A stretch of 64,000 nt of DNA from an uncultured Chloroflexia bacterium (lineage in GTDB: Bacteria; Chloroflexota; Limnocylindria; Limnocylindrales; CSP1-4), in contig CAVVNQ010000003.1 of the NCBI GenBank assembly GCA_963749705.1, positions 448,001 to 512,000 of the forward strand. The letters run 5' to 3'. Position numbers and translations under genes: made by a program. Numbering within the stretch: position 1 is the stretch's first letter; each line of letters opens with the position of its first letter. Below are positions 8,786-18,820 of the stretch, one piece after another. The notes beneath the pieces were generated by a model. That model had not been told where the DNA came from. It saw only the letters and a list, made by a program, of their open reading frames with translations, and did no database searches.

Positions 8786-9970
8786 ATGTTGATGCCCCGC
8801 CGACTCGCGACGCTGTTCAGTGTGCTGGTCCTCATCGCGGTGGGGGTCGCGGGGGTCGCAGCCGCAGACACACCGGCGACCTACACCGGTTGCCTCGTCA
8901 AGGGGACGCTGTACAACGTGCAGCTCGGATCTCAGCCGCTCGCTCCCTGCAAGGGGAAGGACCTGCAGGTCTCGTGGAATCAGACGGGGCCGCAAGGGGC
9001 GCCGGGCATTCCGGGCGAACCGGGCTTGCAAGGCGAGCCTGGGTCCCAAGGCGAACCGGGCCTGCAGGGCGAGCCGGGGCCCCAAGGCGAGCCGGGGCCC
9101 CAAGGCGAACCGGGACCAGCTGGACGACCTGGCACAGCGGACTTCGGCGACCTTGACGGCTCGCCGTGTGATGCGCCCGGTGGCGTCTCCGGCAGCGTCG
9201 ACGTGAAGATCCTCGACGACGGGACGATCTCCATGCACTGCTACACGCCCGAGGCCTGGTGCGCGACGTACGGGCCCACCAGCAACCCGGAACGCACCAT
9301 CGATTTCGTCTGCGACGGCGCGACCAGGACGATCAGCATCACCTGCCAGCCGGTGCCCGAATTCTGGTTCGATGTCGACGGCGATCCGTACAACGGGTGC
9401 GAGGCAGACTACGGCAAGGCCGCGGCCCTTCTGCTGTTCGGCGAAGCCCGGTCCCTCCAGGTCAGGCCTATCTGCGCGAGCACGGACGTGTCGATCGGGT
9501 GTGTGGGCGGTACCCCGGTCGACCCGCCGGCGACGATCACCATGACCCCGCAGCCTACGAGCAGGACCTCGGTCTATCGGAACAATTCGAGCTTCGGCCT
9601 GTCGGGAGCGGCGCACCTGTCGACTGCGGACCCGATCCCGGTCCGGCTGTCAGGCGTTGATTGCTTCCTGGCGGTCGACGCCGACGTGACGCTCTCCGTC
9701 ACGCTTGACATCGTGACGTACATCTCCGGCGTCCACCGCTTCTCATGGGGAGATCCCACGGTCACCGGCTGGACCGCCGAGGACTTCACCACCACCGGTA
9801 GTTATCTATGCTCCGTGATCGCCTGGCCGACCTACCTGCTGCCAGGCCTCGTCTTCGAATCCGTGAAGGACTCGTGGCTCCAGCCTCCATGCCAGATGCC
9901 ACCACCCGAGCTTCTGACCTTCGGAGCCTTCCATGTCGACCCACCGGACGGGAGGATCGTCTGCGACTGA
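8786..9970 (+). CDS. Secreted collagen-like, cysteine-rich protein
   Basis: Signal peptide, 17 Gly-X-Y triplets (8987-9139), Cys-rich C-terminal region; RBS AAGGAG. Confidence 0.8.
   Translation: MLMPRRLATLFSVLVLIAVGVAGVAAADTPATYTGCLVKGTLYNVQLGSQPLAPCKGKDLQVSWNQTGPQGAPGIPGEPGLQGEPGSQGEPGLQGEPGPQGEPGPQGEPGPAGRPGTADFGDLDGSPCDAPGGVSGSVDVKILDDGTISMHCYTPEAWCATYGPTSNPERTIDFVCDGATRTISITCQPVPEFWFDVDGDPYNGCEADYGKAAALLLFGEARSLQVRPICASTDVSIGCVGGTPVDPPATITMTPQPTSRTSVYRNNSSFGLSGAAHLSTADPIPVRLSGVDCFLAVDADVTLSVTLDIVTYISGVHRFSWGDPTVTGWTAEDFTTTGSYLCSVIAWPTYLLPGLVFESVKDSWLQPPCQMPPPELLTFGAFHVDPPDGRIVCD
8987..9139 (+). repeat. Collagen (Gly-X-Y)17 coding repeat, imperfect 18-bp unit CAAGGCGAGCCGGGGCCC
   Basis: [51 protein letters not shown]. 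Confidence 0.9.
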
Positions 9971-10104
9971 TCCGCCGTCCGTCGCTGGATCAAACCGCAG
10001 GGTCGATACGAGGCTTCAACAGGGCTGCACGAGGCCGAGGCACGACGGCTGAGAGGCGGGTCGCCGCTGGCAGAACGGTGCACACGCTGCAAGGATGGGC
10101 ACCG

Positions 10105-10884
10105 ATGGACGACCGCGCGCAGCTCACCTCCATCTCGTCGCTGGTGCACGGGGTGCTGGGCACCGATGCGGTTGGCGCATACCTGCACGGGTCGACTGGC
10201 GCGGGGAGGCGCATGCCCACGAGCGACACCGACGTCCTCGTCGTGACGCGCCGGCCGATGGAGCTCGATCAGCGCCGTGCGCTCGTCGACGGCCTCCTCG
10301 CGATGTCCGGACGGGCCGCCAGGACCGGCGCCGCGCGTCCCGTCGAGCTGACGGTGGTCGTGCAGCGTGACGTGCAACCTTGGCGGCGGTCGCCCATCGA
10401 GGACTTCCTCTACGGCGAGTGGGAGCGGGCGGCGTACGAGCGAGGCTCCCTCCCGGCCCGGCGTCGCAACGACGATCTCGCGGTGCTCATCACGATGGCC
10501 CTCGATGCCGATTGCCCTCTGTTCGGGCCGCCACCCTCGGCGCTTCTCGACCGACCGCCCGTGCCCGATCTCATCGCGGCCTGCGTCGGGGGCATTCCCT
10601 CGCTGCTCGCGGACCTCGCGTCAGATACGCGGAACGTGCTGCTCACGCTGGCGCGGATCCTGGTCACGGTGGAGACGGGCCGACTCGTTCCGAAGGACAC
10701 GGCCGCGGATCTGGCGCTCCCCCGGCTTGATCCAACGTGTCGGGCGATCCTCCAGCGTGCACGGGATGCCTTCCTCGGGCCGGGATGGGGCACGTTCGAA
10801 GACGTCGCGCCCCACATTCGCCCGTGTGCCGATGCGCTGGTCAATGCGATCGAAGCGGCGGCGGGACCCGCCACGTCGAGCTGA
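10105..10884 (+). CDS. Aminoglycoside nucleotidyltransferase, ANT(9)/ANT(3'') (AadA) family
   Basis: LHGS...SDTDVLVV, RPVELTVV, FLYGEWER, DLAVLIT, DTRNVLLTLARI, PKDTAA. Confidence 0.85.
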   Translation: MDDRAQLTSISSLVHGVLGTDAVGAYLHGSTGAGRRMPTSDTDVLVVTRRPMELDQRRALVDGLLAMSGRAARTGAARPVELTVVVQRDVQPWRRSPIEDFLYGEWERAAYERGSLPARRRNDDLAVLITMALDADCPLFGPPPSALLDRPPVPDLIAACVGGIPSLLADLASDTRNVLLTLARILVTVETGRLVPKDTAADLALPRLDPTCRAILQRARDAFLGPGWGTFEDVAPHIRPCADALVNAIEAAAGPATSS

Positions 10885-11006
10885 AAAGAGTCGTCCCTGC
10901 TCGTCGATATTCGCGGAGCTCGCCATCCCGGGTAGGCGAGGGGACGAGGATCCACACGAGGTGCGCCTGGACGACGCAGCCCGCGGGACCCGGGCTCAGG
11001 CACACC

Positions 11007-11669
11007 TCAACTGTAGGTCAGGGACGACTTGCGGCCGGTCGACCAGGCCATGATGCCGGCACCGAGCGACGAGGTGAGCATGAGAATCCCGAACATCGGC
11101 ACGGCGGTAACCAGCGCTCGGGTAAGGTCCATGGGCAGAAGATTCCCGGTGAGCGGGACCGCGATCGAGAAGGCGGCGAGACCAGCCCCGCCAGCCAGGC
11201 CAAGCCAGGCCGTCACTCGGTTGCCGACGATCCCCGTTCGACCGAGAGACCACGCAACGGCTGCAAAGACCAGGCCCCACACCGCATCTGCTGACTCTGC
11301 GACGTCCTTTACCCAGAATGCCCAACCTTGATTCGAATTCGCGACGCTGTCACGCCCCAGTGGCAGCAGGAGATGGACAACCATCGCAACGACACAGAGG
11401 CTGGCGAGCGGCACGGCGATGTTGAGGACTCGCACAACCGGGTACGGCAATCCGTCGATGCGCGAAACGCCGAGCAGGAATATCGCGAAGGCGACGTAGC
11501 CTAGGAGCAGGAACACGTGCGCGGGCCACCATGCGGTCTGGCCGGTCTGGGTGTACGCCACCTCCGCCATGTTGGACGCATCTGGGGCATGGGGATGGAT
11601 GATCGCCCCGACCATGAGCAGCGGGCCAGTGGCCATCAACGCCAGTGCGGTGACCTTGGTGACGCGCAT
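11007..11669 (-). CDS. Integral membrane protein
   Basis: About six hydrophobic segments with intramembrane His (IIHP, AHVF, VVHL); divergent from TetR. Confidence 0.7.
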   Translation of the reverse strand: MRVTKVTALALMATGPLLMVGAIIHPHAPDASNMAEVAYTQTGQTAWWPAHVFLLLGYVAFAIFLLGVSRIDGLPYPVVRVLNIAVPLASLCVVAMVVHLLLPLGRDSVANSNQGWAFWVKDVAESADAVWGLVFAAVAWSLGRTGIVGNRVTAWLGLAGGAGLAAFSIAVPLTGNLLPMDLTRALVTAVPMFGILMLTSSLGAGIMAWSTGRKSSLTYS

Positions 11670-11745
11670 GCCGAACCTCCGCCGCGATGTCCTACTCTTA
11701 TTTGAGAAGCTGTGTAGACGGTTGATTAGCCACCGAGGTTAGCGA

Positions 11746-12393
11746 ATGGTCCGGAAGGTGTCAAGACGCGCATATCACTCGCCACGCCGGGAGGCGGCGG
11801 CGCAGGCGACGCGCACGGCGGTGCTGGAGGCGGCCGATTCGCTGTTCATCGGTCTCGGCTACGCGGGCACCACGCTGGCCGCGGTCGCTGAGCGAGCCAG
11901 CGTCTCGCTCGCCACGGTGAAGCTCGTGGCGCCGACCAAGTCCTCCCTCCTCCTCGAGGTGGCCAGGTCACGCGCCAGAGGTGACACCGATGCCCGCGCC
12001 GTGAGCGAGCGGTCCTGGTACCAGGACATGCTCTCCTTGAAGGATCCTGCTGAGCTGTTGCGCCGCTGGGTCTCCGGGAGTCGGGCGGCACATGAGCGAC
12101 AGGCGGAACTGTTCGAGGTCATCTGGCAGGCCGCCCCAGCCGAACCCGAGATCGCCGACCTGGAGCGCCGCGGCAGCGCCGATCGCCGTGCGACGTTCCG
12201 CAGCATCATCGAGGCCCTGGCCGCGCTGGGTGGGCTGCGCGCCGATCTCGATATCGATACCGCGGTCGACATCGCCTGGGTACTCAACTCACCCCTGGCC
12301 TTTCGCCTCTTTGCTCGATGCGGCTGGTCGCCTGATCAGTGGGAGCGCTGGCTCGCCGAAACATTGGCGGTCCAGCTGCTGACGCCGGCTTAG
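11746..12393 (+). CDS. TetR/AcrR-family regulator
   Basis: RRAYHSPRR...TRTAVLEAA...GYAGTTLAAVAERASVS; C-terminal GWSPDQWERWL. Confidence 0.9.
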   Translation: MVRKVSRRAYHSPRREAAAQATRTAVLEAADSLFIGLGYAGTTLAAVAERASVSLATVKLVAPTKSSLLLEVARSRARGDTDARAVSERSWYQDMLSLKDPAELLRRWVSGSRAAHERQAELFEVIWQAAPAEPEIADLERRGSADRRATFRSIIEALAALGGLRADLDIDTAVDIAWVLNSPLAFRLFARCGWSPDQWERWLAETLAVQLLTPA

Positions 12394-12488
12394 GCCGTCG
12401 GGGCCGCGGTCATTCGCGACTTGTCCTGTGGACGACGACGAGGCCCGACGCCGGGGCACGATGCCGGCGGGCCCTCGACGCGGATCCC

Positions 12489-12517
12489 TTGCCGACCGTC
12501 GACCCTCGCACTATGGT
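12489..12517 (+). promoter_or_regulatory. Sigma70-type promoter
   Basis: TTGCCG-N17-TATGGT upstream of the 12568 gene. Confidence 0.55.
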
Positions 12518-12567
12518 TGGACCTCGCCCGTGTCCCACACTCGGGGTCGACCCGGAGGAGTTGGCCG

Positions 12568-13728
12568 ATGGCCACCGAGCTGGCCTGTCTCGTGATCGCC
12601 GACATTTCCGGGTACACGGGCTACCTCGCCGGCGTCGAGCTCGATCACGCCGAAGAGATCCTCGCCGACCTGATGCGGACCATCGTCACCGCGCTGCGGC
12701 CCGGATTCCGGCTCGCCAAGCTCGAAGGCGACGCCGCGTTCATGTTCGCCATCACCGCGAAGATCGACGGCTCGCTGCTTCTCGACACGATCGAGCGGTG
12801 CTACTTCGGCTTCCGACGACGACGCCGCGATGTGCGTCAGGCGACCTCGTGCGAATGCAACGCCTGCGCGCACATCCCGGACCTCAACCTGAAGTTCGTC
12901 GTCCACCATGGAACGATCCTGCGCCAGCAGGTTGCCGGCGGGGAGGAGCTGGTGGGGACCGACGTCATCGTCGCTCACCGGCTGCTGAAGAACGAGGTGG
13001 TCGCATCCACCGGCATCGAGGCGTACGCGGTGTTCAGCCAGCAGTGCGTCGATGCGATGGACGTCGATGTGGCGGCGCTCGGCATGCGATCGAGCAGCGA
13101 GACGTATGAGCATATCGGCGTCGTGCCGATCTGGATCCACGACCTGGGTCGGCGCTGGGAGGAGGAGGAGTCGCGCACGCGCGTCATCGTCGATCCGGGC
13201 TCTGCGGCGTTCGATTGGCACATGTCGGTACCCGCTCCGCCGCAGGTCGCCTGGGAGTTCATGACCACGCCCGGCCGTCGAGTCGCCTGGACGCCCGGGG
13301 TCACCGGGGTGGAGGTCATCGCGACCGGCAACCGCCGGGGCGTCGGGGCCACCAATCACTGCGCGCACGGCAGGAACGCGAGCATCGAGGAGCTCCTCGA
13401 CTGGCGCCCCTACGACTACTTCACGTTCCGGAACACGGTGCCCACGCCAATGGGGCACATTCGCTTCCTGGCGACGACGGAGTTCGAGCCCACGCCAAGC
13501 GGGACGATCATCCACATGCGGATGGCGGCGCCCCAGACCCGGAGGGAGCGCGTCCTCGCCCGGCTGGCGAGGCCGATGCTGGAGCGAGGGTTGCGGGTGT
13601 CCAGGGACCGCCTGGTCGAGCAGCTCGGCGCGGAGCTCGAGGGGCGCGGTCGCGACGCGCTCGAGGAGCCGGACCTGCCGCCGGTCAGGACGGATGGCGT
13701 GCTTGCCCGGCTGGAGCCCGGCTCCTGA
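12568..13728 (+). CDS. DUF2652 (class III cyclase-like) domain fused to SRPBCC/START domain
   Basis: IADISGYT, KLEGDA, CECNAC, LKFVVHHG, GTDVIVAHRLLKN; then PAPPQVAWEFMT...LDWRPYDYFT; RBS GGAGGAG. Confidence 0.85.
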   Translation: MATELACLVIADISGYTGYLAGVELDHAEEILADLMRTIVTALRPGFRLAKLEGDAAFMFAITAKIDGSLLLDTIERCYFGFRRRRRDVRQATSCECNACAHIPDLNLKFVVHHGTILRQQVAGGEELVGTDVIVAHRLLKNEVVASTGIEAYAVFSQQCVDAMDVDVAALGMRSSSETYEHIGVVPIWIHDLGRRWEEEESRTRVIVDPGSAAFDWHMSVPAPPQVAWEFMTTPGRRVAWTPGVTGVEVIATGNRRGVGATNHCAHGRNASIEELLDWRPYDYFTFRNTVPTPMGHIRFLATTEFEPTPSGTIIHMRMAAPQTRRERVLARLARPMLERGLRVSRDRLVEQLGAELEGRGRDALEEPDLPPVRTDGVLARLEPGS

Positions 13729-13751
13729 TCACCCTCGAGTAGCCTGTGCCC

Positions 13752-14420
13752 GTGACAGACGAGCTCAAGGTCCTTGTCGAGATCGGCCCAAAGGGCAAGC
13801 GGATCGTGGCTGCCGCGATGGACTGGCCGGGCCTGGAACGATGGGGCAGGACCGAGGACGAGGCGATCCAGAACCTGCTCGCCTACCGGGCACGCTATGC
13901 CGGCATCGCCAAGCGCGCCGGGTGCGAGGCGGACTTCCCGCTAATTGGCATGCCGCGCGTCGTCGAGCGCACGCCGGGCAACACCTCCACCGACTGGTGG
14001 GGCATCGCGCACGTACCGTCCGACATCGAGGCACAGCCACTGTCCGTTGACGAGCTCGAGCAGCGGATCGCACTGATGCAGGCGGCCTGGGAGACCTTCA
14101 ACGACGCTTCGGAGCGCGTGGCGGCGCCAATCAGCAAGGGCCCGCGGGGCGGCGGGCGCAAGCGGGACCAGATCGTCGTTCATGTCTACGCGTCGGAACG
14201 GCACAACTGGTGGCGCAAGGTCGGCATTCGCGAGGACGACGAGGAATTGCTGACGCCGGAGCAGCTCGCCGCGCATCGGCAACGCTACGTCGCCGCGATC
14301 CGCGCGTACCACGCCGAGGGCCGGTCGGCGCGCAGCTGGCCCCTGCGCTTCCTCATCCGCCGCACGGCGCAGCATGCGATGGACCACGCCTGGGAGCTGG
14401 AGGACCGGAACCCCGGTTGA
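13752..14420 (+). CDS. Conserved hypothetical protein, HicB-like N-terminus and DinB-like C-terminus
   Basis: DWPGLERWGRTEDEA; GPRGGGRKRDQIVVHV; RRTAQHAMDHAWELED (His triad); GTG 13752 lies 6 nt after TAGCCT. Confidence 0.7.
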   Translation: MTDELKVLVEIGPKGKRIVAAAMDWPGLERWGRTEDEAIQNLLAYRARYAGIAKRAGCEADFPLIGMPRVVERTPGNTSTDWWGIAHVPSDIEAQPLSVDELEQRIALMQAAWETFNDASERVAAPISKGPRGGGRKRDQIVVHVYASERHNWWRKVGIREDDEELLTPEQLAAHRQRYVAAIRAYHAEGRSARSWPLRFLIRRTAQHAMDHAWELEDRNPG

Positions 14421-14776
14421 CCGAGACGGGCCGACCACGCGGAATTCCTACAACGTGAGGAAGACTCCGTGAGGCCTGGTTCAACCGCATCGGCCAGCCG
14501 CCTGGCGAGCGCCGGGTCATCGAGATCGAAGGCGCTGAACAGTCGAGTGATGGCGCTCGATCCGGCTCGCTTGTAGCGGGCGGCGGCTTCGCGCCCGTGC
14601 GGCGAGCTTGGGCTTGATTCGGCGATCTCGTGCCTGGATCCCGGCCATCGGCCTGGCGCCCGGAGGCATCCTGCCCCAACGCATCTCATCGCGACGGCGG
14701 CTCCTGCACCAATGCGGCGCCAGAGGGACAATCAGGTCGACCGGGATCCGCATTTGCGTCGAGGGACCTCGGGCGC

Positions 14777-15076
14777 ATGACGCGCAATCAAGAGGTGCTG
14801 GCGGTGGGTCGGCTCGCACGGGGCAAGGATCGCCGGGTCGTCGTCAAGACGTATGGCCGCGGCAGCCTGCTCGGGCTGCTCAGCATCCCATTCGCGTTCC
14901 TCATGGCGTACCGGGGCATGAACGGCTGGCAGGAGTCTGCGGTCCGCGACATGGAGGACGACGCCATCGCGATGTCCCGGCAGGGCTACCGGGTCGTGGC
15001 CACCGGCGAATACGGCATCCCCGTGCTCGGCATCACCTATTACAAGGTGACCTACCAGCTCGTGGACCAGGCATGA
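14777..15076 (+). CDS. Small hypothetical protein with one hydrophobic segment
   Basis: GC-biased codon usage; upstream of the ABC genes. Confidence 0.55.
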   Translation: MTRNQEVLAVGRLARGKDRRVVVKTYGRGSLLGLLSIPFAFLMAYRGMNGWQESAVRDMEDDAIAMSRQGYRVVATGEYGIPVLGITYYKVTYQLVDQA

Positions 15077-15122
15077 CCCCGGCGACCGGGGCACGTCGAG
15101 GGTGGCCGGCGACCGTGCCGCG

Positions 15123-16037
15123 ATGAAGGACGACACCAGAGTCCTCGAGATCGATGGCATCGCAAAGCGCTATGGTGACCTCGTCGCCGTCGAGAACCTG
15201 ACGTTCGACGTTCGCGCCGGCGAGCTGTTCGGCTTCGTCGGGCGCAACGGTGCCGGCAAGACCACGACGATGCGGATTGCGCTGGGCGTGCTGGCGCCTG
15301 ACGCCGGCGTGGTGCGCTGGCTGGGCGCACCGCTGACGTTCGAGGCCCGGCGCCGCATCGGCTACATGCCCGAGGAACGCGGCCTGTATCCGAAGATGCA
15401 CGTGGCGGAGCAGCTCGCCTACCTCGGCGAGCTCCATGGCATGGCGGATACCGCAGCCCGCGAGGCCGCGCTCGGCTGGCTGGACAGGTTCGGTCTTGCC
15501 GACCGGCGCGACGCCGAGCTCCAGGCGCTCAGCCTGGGCAACCAGCAACGGGTCCAGCTGGCGGCAGCCCTCGTCTTCGGACCGGAGGTGCTCGTGCTCG
15601 ACGAGCCGTTCTCCGGGCTCGACCCGGTTGCGGTCGACGTGATGGCGGGCGTGCTCCGCGAGCGGGCGAATGCAGGGGTCCCGGTCATCCTCTCCAGCCA
15701 CGAGCTGGACCTCGTCGAGCGGCTGTGCGATCGCGTGGGCATCGTCGACCGCGGGCGGATGGTTGCCTGCGGGACCGTGGCCGAGCTCCGCGCCGGGGGG
15801 CAGGAGCGCCGCTGGATCGATGTCCCCGGCGCCCCGGGCGATTGGCAGGCGGGCGTGCCGGGCGTCCGGCTGGTGCAAGCCGACGGCACCAGGCGGCTGT
15901 TCGAGCTCGACCCCGGCGTCGACGATCAATCGCTGCTCCAGGCGGCGCTGGCCACGGGACCCGTCCGCGAGTTCGAGCGCGTCGAGCCCACGCTCGGTGA
16001 GATCTTCCGAACGGTCCTCGAGGAGGCGGCGGCATGA
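15123..16037 (+). CDS. ABC transporter ATP-binding protein (YhaQ/NatA-like)
   Basis: GRNGAGKTT, GYMPEERGLYP, LSLGNQQR, LDEPFSGLDP, SSH. Confidence 0.92.
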   Translation: MKDDTRVLEIDGIAKRYGDLVAVENLTFDVRAGELFGFVGRNGAGKTTTMRIALGVLAPDAGVVRWLGAPLTFEARRRIGYMPEERGLYPKMHVAEQLAYLGELHGMADTAAREAALGWLDRFGLADRRDAELQALSLGNQQRVQLAAALVFGPEVLVLDEPFSGLDPVAVDVMAGVLRERANAGVPVILSSHELDLVERLCDRVGIVDRGRMVACGTVAELRAGGQERRWIDVPGAPGDWQAGVPGVRLVQADGTRRLFELDPGVDDQSLLQAALATGPVREFERVEPTLGEIFRTVLEEAAA

Positions 16038-17225
16038 ACGCCCGGCGTCCCGGTCCGGGAGGAACCCGCCGCCTGCCGACCACGGTCCTCGTCGCCCGCC
16101 GCGAGGTCCGGACGCGCCGGCGGTCGCGGGTGTTCGTCGGCGGCACCATCGTGATGACGGTCCTGGTCGTGGTCGGCATCGTGGCGGCATCGCTGCTCGC
16201 CGGCCGGACCAGCCCGGCGCAGGTGGGCTTCAGCGGGGGATCGCAGGCGCTCGAGCAGACGTTCACGGCATCGGCCGCGGCCCTGGGTGTGCAGGTGGTG
16301 GTCAGTGACATCGCCGATGAGACCGCCGGGAAGGCACAGGTCACCGCCGGCACGCTCGACGTGCTGGTGATTGGGTCGGCGACCGCGCCGACGGCCGTGG
16401 CGAAGGACGGCTGTCCCGCCGAACGTCGAGTCCGCCCTGTCCCTGGCCGCGGAGGCCGCCCGCCTCTCCGACGCCGGCCTGTCACCGGCGGCCGTCAAGT
16501 CGGCCATGGCGATGGTCCCGGTTCAGCTGCTGCAGGCGGCGAATCCCAAGGACACCCAGAACCTGTTCGCCGCCCTGGCCCTCGGCGTCGTGCTGTGGAT
16601 CGCGCTCGGCCAGTACGGGAACATGGTGGCGCAGAGCGTGGTCGAGGAGAAGGCGACCCGGATCATGGAGATCCTGCTCGCGACGATCCAGCCAAGCCGC
16701 CTGCTCGCGGGCAAGGTCATCGGGATCGGCCTGGTCGGTCTCCTGCAGCTCACGATCGTGGGCGCCGCCGCGCTCATCGCGGTCCGGGTGACCAACGTCG
16801 CCGCGATCCCGGCCCTCGGCGTGGCTTCGATCCTGGCCGACATCTGCTGGTTCGTGCTCGGCTTCCTGTTCTACGCCACGGCCTACTCCGCGGTCGCGTC
16901 CCTCGTCTCGCGCCAGGAAGAGGTCCAGAGCGCCGTCGGGCCGATCTCGATCCTCCAGATCGCGGGATACCTGCTGATGTACGTCTCGCTGCCAAATCCG
17001 ACAGGGCCCCTGGCCACGGTGGCTTCGGTGCTGCCGCCGTTCGCCCCGATCCTCATGGCGGTGCGCATGTCGGTCACCGCTGTGCCGCTGTGGCAGGTCG
17101 GGCTTGCGGCAGCGCTGCTCGTGGCATCGATCGTCGGCCTGACCTGGCTCGCCGGCCGCATGTACAACAACGCCGCGCTCCACCTCGGCGCGCGGGTGCG
17201 CTTCCTGGACGCGTTCCGTGGGTGA
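16034..17225 (+). CDS. ABC-2 permease (YhaP/NatB-like), +1 frameshift near 16409
   Basis: N-terminal VARREV + TM in one frame; VVEEKATRIMEILL, LLAGKVIG, LVSRQEE in the next; removing one G joins them. Confidence 0.85.
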
Positions 17226-17288
17226 CCACCGTGGGTAGCTTCAGCAAGCTCAGGTCCGTGTCAGGCCACAGCAATCGGAGGACATCAG

Positions 17289-17466
17289 ATGCCGCCTCGC
17301 GTGAGGGCACATCCATACCTGACCCTGATGGCGGTGGTGTCCGCAATCCTCATCCTGGTCGGGCGGATCAACAGGGAGCATGTGGTGGGGCGACTGGGCC
17401 TTCTTCGCCGGCATCGCGGTGCTCGTGGTTGCGGGCGCCCTCTTCCTCCTCTCGACCAGGAAGTGA
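17289..17466 (+). CDS. Small two-TM membrane protein (+1 frameshift near 17378)
   Basis: RBS GGAGG; MPPRVRAHPYLTLMAVVSAILILVG / MWWGDWAFFAGIAVLVVAGALFLLSTRK. Confidence 0.4.
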
Positions 17467-17489
17467 CCGAGAAGGCGAGACATCGGATC

Positions 17490-17650
17490 ACACGCAGGCA
17501 GCCTGGTCTTCCTCATCGTGATGATCGCGGTCGTCGTCCTCGTGGACTGGCGGTTCCTCAGGCGTAACGCCTGCGAGGCGGCTGGCCGTGAACGTCAGCA
17601 TCATCCTGGCGTTCGGGACGTTCTACCTGGTGTTCATGAATCGCTCGTGA
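17490..17650 (+). CDS. Small membrane protein (+1 frameshift near 17577; start unclear)
   Basis: LIVMIAVVVLVDWRFLRRNACE / RLAVNVSIILAFGTFYLVFMNRS. Confidence 0.45.
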
Positions 17651-17845
17651 ACCCCGCGGTGACCCAGCGCCGCTGGTCGCGCTCGCTGAGGCGTGTCCGC
17701 GGGGCCGGCGCGCGTCCGCGCAGCCGCCCGACATTGCGCCGAACATGGGCGAGCCCGGCGGCACGGTCCTCTCGCCGCGCGTGGCAGGCGCCCAGGCATC
17801 CGGTCGGCGACCGCCAGTCGATCCGGGTTGCAGCTGCGCGGCACC

Positions 17846-18820
17846 TCACACGGTGATGACGACCTTCCCTCGCGCGTGTCCTCCCTGCAGGTACCGGAGA
17901 GCTTCGGGAACGTCCGCCAACGGATACCTGCGGTCGATGAAGGGTCTGATCCTGCCAGCCCCAATGAGCTCGTTGAGGATGACGACGTCTTCCTTGTTGA
18001 AGACCTTCCACCACAGCATGAGGCCCATCTTGCTGGACCCGGCCAGCGAGATCAGCGGGCCGAGCAGCAGGGCGCCCAGAATTCTGCTTGTGGGACCGCC
18101 GACCATGACGTAGGCGCCCCCAGGCTTCAGCGCCCGCCGGCACTCGAGGATCGAACGGTTGCCCGCGACATCGACGATCCAGTCGTACCGCTGCCCGCCC
18201 TGGGTGTAGTCCTCGCGGGTGTAGTCGATGACCTCGTCCGCGCCGAGCCCCCGCACCATGTCCATCTTGGCCGTGCTGCAGACGCCGGTCACGTGGGCTC
18301 CGAAGGCCTTCGCGATCTGGACGGCGAACGGGCCCACGTTGCCCGACGCACCGTTGACGAGCACCCTGGATCCCGGCCTGATCTGCTCCCCTCGCTTGAG
18401 GCCCTGCAAGGCCAGGATGGCCGCCTGGGGGATGGTCGCCGCTTCCTCGAAGGTCAGGCCCGCCGGCATCCGCGCCCAGGCGTGCTCCGGAGCGCACGCG
18501 TACTCGGCGAAGGCACCGTAGCCGAACGCGGTCAGGTCCCCGAACACGTCGTCGCCCGGCTGGAACGCCGTCACGTCGGGGCCAACGGCCTCGACCTGCC
18601 CGGCCGCGTCCAGGCCCAGGCCGCGGTTCCCCGGCGTGCGGAGCCCGGTGCCCATGCGCGTGAGGAAGGGCTTGCCCAGCAGGTAATCGAGGTCAGCCTG
18701 GTTCAGGGATGACGCCCGGATACGGACCAGGACCTCGTCGTTCTTCGGGACGGGCTTCTCGACTTCGCTGAGCTCCAGGATGTCGGGCGGGCCGTACCTG
18801 TCTCGGCGGATCGCCTTCAT
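17846..18820 (-). CDS. NAD(P)-dependent MDR oxidoreductase (quinone oxidoreductase/RTN4IP1-like)
   Basis: MKAI..DRYGPPDIL, GAFAEY, NGASGNVG, GHARGKVVI. Confidence 0.92.
   Translation of the reverse strand: MKAIRRDRYGPPDILELSEVEKPVPKNDEVLVRIRASSLNQADLDYLLGKPFLTRMGTGLRTPGNRGLGLDAAGQVEAVGPDVTAFQPGDDVFGDLTAFGYGAFAEYACAPEHAWARMPAGLTFEEAATIPQAAILALQGLKRGEQIRPGSRVLVNGASGNVGPFAVQIAKAFGAHVTGVCSTAKMDMVRGLGADEVIDYTREDYTQGGQRYDWIVDVAGNRSILECRRALKPGGAYVMVGGPTSRILGALLLGPLISLAGSSKMGLMLWWKVFNKEDVVILNELIGAGRIRPFIDRRYPLADVPEALRYLQGGHARGKVVITV

Noticed and set aside
14440-14600. Possible ChrB-like remnant on the minus strand (FSAFDLDDPALARRLA)
   Set aside because: Match too short to support by eye
16400-16420. 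Programmed ribosomal frameshifting in the ABC permease and GT2
   Set aside because: No slippery heptamer or long homopolymer; the pattern is shared with other probable sequencing insertions
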